64,000 bases of DNA from Epiperipatus broadwayi (Eukaryota; Animalia; Onychophora). Below, one piece after another: positions 1 to 10,519 of the stretch; position 1 is the stretch's first letter, and each line of letters opens with the position of its first letter. The notes below the pieces were generated by a model. That model had not been told where the DNA came from. It saw nothing but the letters and a program-made list of their open reading frames with translations, and searched no databases. The DNA lies in assembly GCA_028023455.1 (NCBI GenBank), contig JAQFVV010000009.1, forward strand, positions 15,314,001-15,378,000, written 5' to 3'. The position numbers were made by a program, and so were the translations under genes.

Positions 1-450
1 TAAAATTCCCTACCTATTTTTATATGTTGCATATATATAGTGAATATATAAAATAAAAAAATTCGTAAATATATATATATAGTTTAAAAAAAACTACTTG
101 ACTTAAAAAAAGTTTATTTCTTGTTAAATAGAATAAATTAGTTTATTTCTTGTTGTAATTCATCCTGAATAAAAATGCATAATTTTGAAACAATTAAAAA
201 GTCATAAACAATTTGTTTCTCTATTTCTTTTATATATAGGACAAATATCAAAGTAAGATTAAATTCATTTTCAGCTAAGAAAAATTGACAAAAACAAAAA
301 TAGCAACATGTCATTTTATAAAAATTTCATTTCGTATTTATACTGTGTACATTATTTTAGCATGATCTTTGATAAAAATACAAATGATTTTTTTTGTTGG
401 AAATATATAATATATTACTTTTGTTAATTATCGCAATACTATATAGCAGA

Positions 451-565
451 ATGTGAGATGATTGGATGAAATAATGAAGGGTTCTGGGGTGACATGGAGA
501 AGAGAAGCTGTTGAACTTTGAGATTCTGCAGTGGATCGATAATTATTGAAAATGATGATGATAAT
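451..565 (+). mobile_element. Degraded 3' end remnant of the RTE LINE family
   Basis: atgtgagatgattggatgaaataatgaagg...tggagaagagaagct...ctgcagtggatcgataat...gatgatgat aligns by eye with the 3' end and (GAT)n tail of the full-length RTE (about 3975-4118). Confidence 0.75.
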
Positions 566-821
566 GTGGTAGGACTGTAATTTTTTTGGTTTTATAATTG
601 CTTTTTTGATGATAGAGAGTGGCTGAGATATTTTAAAAATCATTTCAAGCATTTATGTGTATATGTGTGTGAGAGAGAGAGAGAGTGCATGCACATTGTA
701 AGTTATATTTAGTGAGCTCTCATGAAACTGTAAAGTAAAGCACAGAAATTTCTCAATTACAATGATTAAATATGTATTCAATGATAAAAATCAATATATA
801 TGTAGCAATAATATATTGGGT

Positions 822-988
822 GGCTGCAGAAAGGAGTTTGCTATTAACTGAAAGGAGACCCTTTGATTCCTCTTGGAGGCCTTAAAGGAACCGAGCAGGG
901 CAAATTCCTAATGTCCACTCCATACGTTCTTGTCGTTGCAGCTGTTATTACTATATGTTTAATCATATAGTATATGAACATGGATGGG
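822..988 (+). ncRNA. HDV/CPEB3-like ribozyme fold at the RTE 5' end (catalytic C appears mutated to T)
   Basis: P1 GGCTGCA(822-828)/TGCAGCT(937-943) with G1.U wobble. P2 TCCAT(919-923)/ATGGA(980-984), extendable. P3 ACG/CGT around L3 TTCTTGT. GT after P1'. P4 TACTATATG/CATATAGTA. J4/2 TGAA(975-978), where CGAA is expected. Structured long J1/2 (aggagtttgc/gcaaattcct). Confidence 0.8.
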
Positions 989-1113
989 ATGCTCACCAAC
1001 ACGCATTAGCCAGCATGGTGAGTTTATTGGCTTTTTACCTCTGAGTTTAAGATCAAGAAACACCATGGTCTTTCTTCTCAGTGCCTGATAAGGCAGAATG
1101 AATGTTTGTGTAA

Positions 1114-4101
1114 ATGATAAAGATTTTTCCCAATTATACAATTATGACAGACAAAAATAAAGCATGGCCCTTAATCCCAGGAGGCTGTAAAGTCACCAAC
1201 CAAGGCAGCAGTTGGTGGCCGAAGGCGGAGGGTGCTAAGAATATCCTGGAGGCGGACCCAGGCTGCCATTTGATGACGACTTTTTATTTAGGTACTTACA
1301 ACTGCAGATCACTTTCAAGTGAAGGAAGATTGCAAGAATTAGAAGAAGAACTCTCTTATATTAAATGGGACATTATTGGACTTTGTGAAGTTAGAAGAAA
1401 AGGTGAAGAGACAATTGATTTAAAAAGTGGACATATGCTCTATTATAAAGGCACAAATATTGGAAATACAAGTGGAGTAGGATTCATTATAAATAAAAAG
1501 TGGAAGAACAATATTGTGGAGATTGATGGTGTATCAGACAGAGTGGCAAGATTATTTATACAACTTAATAGCAGATATCAAATGCAGATAATTCAGGTTT
1601 ATGCCCCAACAAGTTCTCACAGTGATGAAGTAGTAGAAGATTTTTATATGGATGTACAAAAGGCTTTTGATCAGAGTAAACAACATTTTAAAATTGTTAT
1701 GGGAGATTTTAATGCTAGAATTGGTAAACAAATGAAAGATGAAAGTGTTGTAGGTAATTTTGGTTATGGTAATAGAAATGAGAGAGGACATAGACTTGTG
1801 GAGTTTGCAGAGAAGGAAAAACTTTATATTATGAATTCTTTTTTTGAGAAAAATGTTAGAAGGAAATGGACATGGAAGCATCCAAATGAAGGTACAGCAG
1901 AATTGGATTATATTTTGACTAACAGGAAATACATATTTCAAGATTGTAATGTTCTTAATAAATTTAACACAGGAAGTGATCATCGATTAGTAAGACGCTC
2001 TTCCGATGTTAATGTAAAACTAGAGAGACAAAAATTATTAAGAAAAACAATATTTACAGTTGATATTCCTAATCTTCAGAAACATTCTAATGAATTTAAA
2101 TTAGAACTTACAAATCGGTTTCAAGTATTAGTAGATTTTGAACATGATTCAGATTTGAATGAAATTAATATGAAAATAACTGATACACTTTTAAAAACTG
2201 CAACAAAGATAGCTGGTAGAAAAAAGCAGCAATTGACTAATAAAATTTCTACTGAGACTAGAGAACTTATGAAGAAAAGAAGGAATATGAAGATATGCAA
2301 GAATGATGCATTAAAAAGAATTGAATATCTCGAATTTTGTAAAATGGTGCGGAAAAGAGTTGAAAATGATATAAGAAAGTATAACTGTGAACTAGCAAGA
2401 AAAGCTGTAGAAGAAAATAAAAGTCTTAAGAATGTAAAACAACATTTTGGTATTGGTAGGAAATTTATATCTGCAATAAGGAAAAAAGATGGAATTATTA
2501 CTAAAAAGAGGGATGACATTATGAAATTGGTAGAAGATTTTTATCAAGAATTATATAGTAATAAAGAACAAGTACCTCCTATATCTATTACATCTTCCGA
2601 ATTGCCCAGAATTTTAAATGAAGAAGTGAGAAATGCAATTAAATGTATGAAAAAAGGAAAGGCTCCAGGTAATGATGGAATTATAATTGATATATTAAAA
2701 GAAGCAGGTGAAGAAACAGAAAAAATATTAGCAAAGTTATATACCAAATGTCTAAATGATAAAGATGTACCGGATGATTGGAAGAATGCAGTAATAATAT
2801 TAATATTTAAAAAAGGTGATAAAGAAGATATTAGAAATTACAGACCTATCAGCCTTTTATCAGTTTTATATAAAATTTTTACCAAGATAATTACAACTCG
2901 TCTACAGAGAACCTTGGATTTTCACCAACCAAGAGAACAAGCTGGATTTAAAAGTGGTTTTAGTACAGTAGATCATATTCAAGTATTGAGAGAAGTTATA
3001 GAAAGGACAAATGAATATGAGTTGTCATTATGTTTTGGATTTGTAGATTATGAAAAGGCATTTGATTCTATAAACATTTCTTCAGTGATTAAAGCATTGG
3101 ATCATCAAGGTATAGATCCAGGATATTGTCATATTTTAAAGAATATTTATAAAAATGCAACAGCAACAATTAGATTACATAATGATACTGGGAAAGTCAA
3201 CATTGAGAAAGGTGTAAGACAAGGTGACTCCATATCTCCAAAACTTTTTACAGCAGTGCTGCAAGAAGTATTTTGTGGATTAAAATGGGAAACTAAAGGA
3301 GTGAAAGTAAATGGAGATTATTTAAGTCATTTAGATTTCACAGATGATGTAGTTGTTTTTGCAAATAATGCTTCCGAGCTGCAGGAAATGTTGCAGGAGT
3401 TATCAGATGAAAGTAGGAAAGTAGGACTAAAGATAAATGTTAAAAAGACTAAAGTAATGTTTAATCGATTTGCTCAAAATATGAAAATAAAGATTGATTA
3501 TGATGAATTAGAAGAAGTTAAGAGTTACAAATACCTTGGTCAGATTATTAATACAGATGGAAACATAATAGAGGAAATTAATCATAGAATTAAACTTGGT
3601 TGGAGTGCTTTTGGTAGAAATAACTTGATATTAAAAGGAAATATGCCTATGTGTTTGAAAAGAAAGGTTTTTAACAAATGTGTTTTACCAGTTCTTACTT
3701 ATGGATCTGAGACTTGGACACTTAATAGAAGATCAATACAGAGACTTCAGACCACTCAAAGGAGTATGGAGAGATGTATGTTGGGAGTAACAAGAAGAGA
3801 TCGAAAACACAATGTATGGGTAAGAGAACAAACAGGTGTTACTGACCTCATTGAAAAAATTAAAAGATTGAAGTGGAGTTGGGCTGGACATATTGCTAGA
3901 AGAGATGATAATAGATGGACAATTGAAATTTTAAACTGGATTCCAAGAGATTGTAAAAGACCCAGAAGGAGACCACATGTAAGATGGATGGATGAAATAA
4001 GAAAATGTGTAGGGGTGATGTGGAGAAGAGAAGCTAAAGATCGGAGAAGATGGATTAAACTTGGAGAGACCTTCATCCTGCAGTGGATTGATAATGGTTG
4101 A
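1114..4101 (+). CDS. RTE ORF: apurinic endonuclease plus reverse transcriptase (995 aa; true start may be a downstream Met)
   Basis: APE motifs [38 protein letters not shown] motifs YRPISLL, QAGF, DYEKAFD, GVRQGD-ISP-LF, FTDD, YKYLG. C-terminal [12 protein letters not shown] typical of RTE. Confidence 0.95.
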   Translation: MIKIFPNYTIMTDKNKAWPLIPGGCKVTNQGSSWWPKAEGAKNILEADPGCHLMTTFYLGTYNCRSLSSEGRLQELEEELSYIKWDIIGLCEVRRKGEETIDLKSGHMLYYKGTNIGNTSGVGFIINKKWKNNIVEIDGVSDRVARLFIQLNSRYQMQIIQVYAPTSSHSDEVVEDFYMDVQKAFDQSKQHFKIVMGDFNARIGKQMKDESVVGNFGYGNRNERGHRLVEFAEKEKLYIMNSFFEKNVRRKWTWKHPNEGTAELDYILTNRKYIFQDCNVLNKFNTGSDHRLVRRSSDVNVKLERQKLLRKTIFTVDIPNLQKHSNEFKLELTNRFQVLVDFEHDSDLNEINMKITDTLLKTATKIAGRKKQQLTNKISTETRELMKKRRNMKICKNDALKRIEYLEFCKMVRKRVENDIRKYNCELARKAVEENKSLKNVKQHFGIGRKFISAIRKKDGIITKKRDDIMKLVEDFYQELYSNKEQVPPISITSSELPRILNEEVRNAIKCMKKGKAPGNDGIIIDILKEAGEETEKILAKLYTKCLNDKDVPDDWKNAVIILIFKKGDKEDIRNYRPISLLSVLYKIFTKIITTRLQRTLDFHQPREQAGFKSGFSTVDHIQVLREVIERTNEYELSLCFGFVDYEKAFDSINISSVIKALDHQGIDPGYCHILKNIYKNATATIRLHNDTGKVNIEKGVRQGDSISPKLFTAVLQEVFCGLKWETKGVKVNGDYLSHLDFTDDVVVFANNASELQEMLQELSDESRKVGLKINVKKTKVMFNRFAQNMKIKIDYDELEEVKSYKYLGQIINTDGNIIEEINHRIKLGWSAFGRNNLILKGNMPMCLKRKVFNKCVLPVLTYGSETWTLNRRSIQRLQTTQRSMERCMLGVTRRDRKHNVWVREQTGVTDLIEKIKRLKWSWAGHIARRDDNRWTIEILNWIPRDCKRPRRRPHVRWMDEIRKCVGVMWRREAKDRRRWIKLGETFILQWIDNG

Positions 4102-4118
4102 TAATGATGATGATGATG

Positions 4119-4612
4119 AATATATTGGGTTATTTCTATCATCTAATATTAAATATTGAATATCTCTAGAAAAATTCAAATTTTATTTAAACTTTCTAAA
4201 TACATTCAACGATTAGTAATAGCACATAGGTTAGTATATAAAAATACTGTTTTGAGTGTATTCTTCTTCTCTCTTCTTCAGGTATTGCTGCCTGACTACT
4301 AGCATGAAATCAAACCTGGATCTTAGATTCACGAATATTGAATTTAAGTTAACATTCTAGCCAAATGAACTATTCTTCCAAAGGCAAAATCTAAAGATCC
4401 AAGTTTGAATCCCATGCTAGTACTGTCAGTAGTCAGGTCAGTGACACCTGAAGAAGAGAGGAGAATAATACTACTTGAAACATTGTGCTATATACTAATC
4501 TGTGTGCTGTCATTCATTAACAATTGAATGTACTGAAAAGTTTAAATAAAGTTTGTAATTTTTCTAAAGACATTTAATATTAGATGATGAAAATAGTTCA
4601 ATATATTATTAT
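4119..4612. mobile_element. Old head-to-head (inverted) copy of the Penelope family A terminal module; its left end (about 801-821) is split off by the RTE insertion
   Basis: 4121-4385 is the reverse complement, and 4389-4612 a direct copy, of the tRNA-like/CTGAAGA/tail sequence seen at 57582-57970 and 37671-37990. Confidence 0.8.
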
Positions 4613-6411
4613 TATTAAAATGTATGTGTGATACAATGTTTCTATTTTTAAATATATTTTGAAAAGTTACTCAGAGTAATGAAATCATTAAAAACAAATA
4701 TTAAAAAATTAAAAAAAATTGCTAATAGAATTAATATAAAAATACAAATTCTACAAAATATTTAACTGATGTATCAAAATGTCTTTTAATTCTAATAAAA
4801 TAATGGAATCTAAAATTTCCAAAACCATTAGACTTGTATTATTATTTTGGCAAAAGAGAAAATTTACTCAAGTAAAATTTTTGTTTTAATTTAAATAAAT
4901 TAAAATACACATATTTTTAAAAGAAAAAAAAAACATAAACACAGTAAACAATTATTATAATGCAAATGCACCCCCTTTTAACAAGTCTGTTTCTTAGCTG
5001 TTCAATGACTGATAATGTACAACTTTTATTTTTTCTATAAAAGAGTAATTGAAAAAAAATTTTTTTTTCTTTTTTTCATATCAACGTTTTCACTGCCCAT
5101 GATAAACTGGTTATTAAAAAGTTGGTAGATTAGTCTTCAAAAAAGATGAAAAGAAGAAAAAAAATTGTGCACAAAAAATATTCTGTTAAAATTAATTAAT
5201 TTTTATTTAATAATAAAGATTAAGAGACATGGAAAGTGTAAATAAAGCAAAATGTGGATTGTTGAGTTATTAATATATGATTCAATTACTCTGGTAAGAC
5301 ATTTAATTTGATAAGGAGACGAAAGCTTCAAATTTGTTATTCAATCTATATTAAATTTATCAGACAAATTCAACCACTACATTAACTTCTGTGGAATGCA
5401 TGAAAACCAAAATGAAAGCTCCTATCTTTAGTGCATGAAGAACAGCACAAATGCCAATATCCATAATGCATAAGAACCATACAACAGTTTATAGGCATAG
5501 TGGATAAACATTATTAACACAAGAGTTTACAACTGAAGTGTAAAAAGTAAATTTTACATGATTATAACTATAATGATGAATAATATTGCATGAATATCAT
5601 CCAAAAGCTTATAAGCACCTTATTAAGTGAATGCCAAGTCTAAAAATGTTCTGAAATGATATGTGGCATAATTATGACAAATAATTTTAAATGTTATTGC
5701 ATTAAACTTATATGGATGTGCGTGTATATGTAAAATTATCTACCCAAAATCAGGCAATTAGACAATAGAGTATTACTGATGAAGAAATCATTTAACTATC
5801 ACGACCTTTTAATGCAATTAATTTTAGAGTTTCAATTTTACAGCTACAGCAAAACTTAAATGATACTTTAAAAAACAAACAGCTATAAAACAATATCAAA
5901 TATCTGAGTTTATATGAACAAACATAAACATCTTTTTATAATTTATAACATTACATTTTTTAAAATAATTTATAACATTATGTATCATGTTTTAACATAT
6001 AATAAATTCATCAATTACATAAATATATAAATCTTCATTACATAATGGCCTATAATGAAACACAAATATTAAGATGTCAAATTGTACTACAGAGGAGGTG
6101 GAAATGGCAAATTATTTCCAACAATAATCAAATAGTAGTCTAGTTATCTCAACCCCCTTTTGGAGAGAGAACATATATAAGAATAAATTAAATACATTAA
6201 AGTTTTAATTTCACTGCATTGTTATTCTTACAAAGATTTCATTACTACCAGTACCTTTCATGCAGAACTGCAATGTGATATAAAAAATTATTGATCAATT
6301 CCTACTAAAACAAATTCTCAGCACATACATACAACTTATTAAATCATAATTTTTTAAAATCATGTTTCACATATAAATTAGGTTACAAAGTAAAAGTAAA
6401 AACAAACTAAC

Positions 6412-6497
6412 CTCCAAAAATGCAAATCAAATCCTGAGCATTTATCTTGGCATTTGTTACAACTTGCTCCAGCACCTGCTTCATGGGCTAAAATAGC
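6412..6497 (-). CDS. Tes: Internal coding exon of a testin/LMCD1-family (PET-LIM) gene, [28 protein letters not shown](R)
   Basis: Acceptor ttttttcgtag, donor gttagt, 86 nt, phase 0 to 2, open frame. The peptide matches the testin N-terminal Cys-rich motif (LGHE-G-GA-C-KC-DKC-GF-LHFWR). No other exon was confidently found. Confidence 0.88.
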
Positions 6498-9329
6498 CTA
6501 CGAAAAAAATGAAATAAGAATTCATAAATAAATAAGTTAATAAATAATTCTAAACAAATAATACACTAAAGGCAAACTATAAGCTCAACATTTCTAGGAG
6601 TGTGGCGCATGCTTGACAAGTAAACAGTAACATTATATTATTAATAAAGTTTTTCTTTGCAGCCAGTATGTTGACACCTGGCTCAGATTGCCTGAAACTT
6701 TATATTTCAAGTAAAATAAAAGATGCTTATTTATCAATCAATATTAGAAATCGAAGTCAGTGAAAAAAGTTTTGAACTAATGGTGTATTATGTTCTGACA
6801 CTAGAAACATATGATGAGGGTGGCGTATAATTAGACAAAATTGTTTTATTTTCACTACAGCTATGCTACTTAATGTAAGTTTTAGTAATTAACTAATAGA
6901 TGCCCTATGATGAATCAATTATCTAAAACATTTTAAAGTACTTAAAACATCATCAGTTAATTAAAAAAAATATAAATTCCATCTAGATTTAAATCCCAGA
7001 TCATAATGAATGTCAAATCAATATCCCATCTATTACACTGAAATCCTTAATAATTCAATGTAAACATATTCATCATTTGTTTATTTGCTATTATTATGTG
7101 ATCACATGTTTAGAATGGCCTTTTGGGTAGTGGTTAGTACATTTCCAATGTCATGCTTATGACCTGAAGTTTAATCCAGGCCAAGTTCATTTTGAAAAAA
7201 AAAAAAGTAAACTTTCAATTATTATTTTTTTAAGATAATTATCTTGTAACTAACTAATTAGTCATTCAACATTAGTCAATGAATGAGTGTCCAGCTATTG
7301 TTAATTAGAAAATAAAATTAAAAAAATATGGAAAAACAATAAATTCCTGAGTGCCAATTTCAATCCAGATAAGTAAGGCTCTATCAAGTATTGGTCATCT
7401 ATTCAGAGTAATTTCACAATTTCTATAAAAAAAAAAAATTGATATTAGAATTTTAGATGTTTCAGAAATATATTAATGTGGAAAATTTTTTAATTAAATT
7501 TATATTGATTCATTATCCTTTTAGCATTGCCAGTAGCAAATACTGTCATGATAAAAGATGCTGTTAAATACAAGGGGAATTGAAAAAAGTTTCTGGAAAA
7601 TGTAAATAAAAAGACAAGGATAATTTCAAACTGATATAACAACATGGGTAGGAATTGTGAGGCCTGTTACAAATATATTGCCATCAATGAATTATAAAAA
7701 CAGCATTCTGCTTATTAATAATAATCACTTTCTGGAACTATATTAGCAACTATTACACAATTACATAAGACTGTAATGCACTGAAGCTTGAATGGCATGT
7801 AAGTGCATAAGTTTAAAAAAAAAATTGCATGCAGCTATAGTATAAAATTATATGAGTTTTTAATGAATAAATAAATTTTTCTGCCATATTTTAGATTCTG
7901 ATTAATAATTATTTCCCAAAACTCTGCAAAATCTCCAACTAGCAATGCTGCTAAATAATGCCTCACTATTTTTCTTTAACCAATCATGAACTATTTAAAG
8001 ATTGTTTTATCTTTTCATTTTTTATCTACATGTGTGTATGTACTTAAATATTTTCATATTTAAAGCAGCCTTTGCTTTTAAAATGTTCCAGATATCTATA
8101 TTAATTTTAGAAACATACACTAAATTATATTGTTAACTAAAAGGTATTTCAAGAATTTCTAAATATATCATCTATTAGTAGTTTCAAATTATTTTTTAAA
8201 AAGAAAAGACATTTAATTCTTAAACTCATTAAAATATTTATTAAGATGGTGAATGATTTAAAGAACTAATTAAGATTAATGATATGATGCAGTTCTTAAC
8301 ATTAATGTATGGTAAACTACAACTAATAACCAACAAATATTATTGCTTAGTTACGGAATCTATTACACTTGTTTGTGGGCAGAGAAACTAATATACAAAC
8401 ATGGTAAACTACTGTCATCTTTTTTCTATTACTACTCTATTATTTAGGATAAACTTATTAACATTTATATGACATTGTAAAGAGAATGTACATAAGTTGA
8501 CAAAAAAAAGTTTAGAATTTAATTATGCAGAAGCAAATTTTTCAAGTGAATAATTCAGGCATCATAACTTTATTATTATTTCATGGTGTGCTTCATAAAA
8601 ATTAATAACCTATATAAATAGGATGAGTTGCACTAGTGTAAGCAAAATATTAAAATTGAATTATTAGTATGTCAATCTGCATTCAAAGTGAAATAATAAA
8701 ATTAATTTTTATCATATTTTATGGCTGTTGAACATTGACAGTTATCACATAAATAGGCAGTATCTTGTTCTATTTAAATAGTTAAAACCAACTTCCATGA
8801 TGAGTTCATATAGATAACATTTTTTAACAAAAAATAAAGGCACATAAACAATCTTTATAGTTCTATGGTGTGTAATACTTCCACAGAATTATGGGATTCA
8901 ATTTTTTTTTTAGTATTTTAGTAAGAACATTCTACAAGTAATATCTACTACGCTCTTCAAAAAAAGTTTGATTTTCCACAAAAAATATGTAAGATTACAA
9001 CAAATAATTCCATGTTTCATTAGGCCCTCAATACAGAAGTTAAATAGTTTGAATACTGAGATTAAATATTTCTATAAATATAAAATTCAATAATAATTCA
9101 ACCTTTTAAGATTCAAGCATCAACTAAAATAAATTACATTGAACAATCCCAAATAAATTTTGCAAAGTTTTATTTATTGGTATCATCAACAGACAAAAAA
9201 TAGGCAATCCAGTCAGTTAGAAAAACTGATGTGATCTCTGCCCTCATAAACTGGTTCAACTTTTATAGGCATTCTTTAAACTTGGATAGTTTTAAGCATT
9301 CATTTAATGTTGAAGGAAGTGAAAATTTG

Positions 9330-9445
9330 TATATTAGCCTGATTTAAATATGGCACAAATTATTCTGAAATTGCAGTTAATATTTTGAAGATATTCAAAT
9401 GTAATTTCAAAATGATTTGCATTATATTTAAATCAGGCTAATATA
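9330..9445. mobile_element. Short palindromic MITE-like foldback
   Basis: TATATTAGCCTGATTTAAATAT ... ATATTTAAATCAGGCTAATATA is a 22-bp perfect terminal inverted repeat. Imperfect pairing continues to the centre, with TA at both ends. Confidence 0.65.
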
Positions 9446-9490
9446 AAAATTTCATGCTCTACTTTCAACCAATGACAATAAATTAATACA

Positions 9491-9905
9491 TAAAACCATC
9501 AGAGTTCAAGGAATAGATGGTACCATTCTAGTATTTGCATTTATCGATTTTTGAATACTGTTTACACATAGCTTCTGGAGGTTTTGGTTACTTCCATTTA
9601 AATTTCCTGTACATTAAGCTATGTGAATTTATATTTACATTTACAAATCTAATGTTTCATCTAATAGTAAAAGGTTATTAAAAATTAATTACACTGTACT
9701 TAAATCAAGCTAATATACAAATTTCTTGATCTTCAAAATCCTCATAAATGAATGCTTAAAACCACTAGATCTCAAGGAATAGGTTGTACTACTCTACCTT
9801 TTGTATTTATTAATATATAAGTGTGGTTTATATATAGCTTCCAGAGATTTTGATTAGTTCCATTTAAATTTCACATACATTGAATTATGTATATTTATAT
9901 TTTCA
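9491..9905 (+). repeat. Diverged direct duplication, period about 266 bp
   Basis: taaaaccatcagagttcaaggaatag...agcttctggaggttttggttacttccatttaaaatttc versus taaaaccactagatctcaaggaatag...agcttccagagattttgattagttccatttaaatttc. Confidence 0.7.
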
Positions 9906-10519
9906 TATATATACTATGCAAGAATAGATTGCTTATAAAAAAATATAAAGCATTCATATGTATAAATTTATGAAAAATAAACACAACAATTAATAATATA
10001 AAAATCCTTAACATCATATACATCTTTATTATATATCATCGCACATACATTAAAATACAAATTAACATGCACCAATCTATACATAGTTTCATTCATCAAC
10101 TTGTACTTAGTTCATTTCATTAAAAAAAAAAAAAAAGAAAAGATAACTTACTGTTTAATTTAATTCTTTTTAAAAAGTCACAATATATAAATCTAAGGCA
10201 GTTTGACTGCATAGAAAAACCTATGATATTCTTCCTAGATGCTAATGTTTATGTATTTTATATAACAATAAAAAAAATTTATTAACATTTGAAATATTAT
10301 ATTTATAAGACAAAGTTATTTAGATCTCTGAAATATTAAATCTCTTGATAAAAAAAATATTTTTTAGAAATATAATAACACATACGTAGCGGTATGTTTG
10401 TCAGTAAAATCTTACTTAGAAACAAGATTTTAAAAATGTGTATATACAATGGTGGTATTCAGCTGCTTCACACTGGTTCAGTAGAAATGATTTCTAACTT
10501 TTTGTTGAGTTTGGCGAAC

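Larger units (their letters stand above)
822..4118 (+). mobile_element. Full-length RTE-clade non-LTR retrotransposon
   Basis: Single APE+RT ORF, very short 3' UTR ending in (GAT)n, and a perfect 12-bp target-site duplication aatatattgggt at 810-821 and 4119-4130. Confidence 0.95.

Noticed and set aside
1552-4179. Minus-strand ORFs overlapping the RTE (143, 132, 67, 128 and 82 aa), and similarly 428-652 and 50211-50417
   Set aside because: Antisense shadows of the RTE sequence with no independent protein features.
7577-7615. Mariner-like TIR (tacaaggggaattgaaaaaagtttc)
   Set aside because: No partner TIR or transposase was found. Too degraded to support a call.
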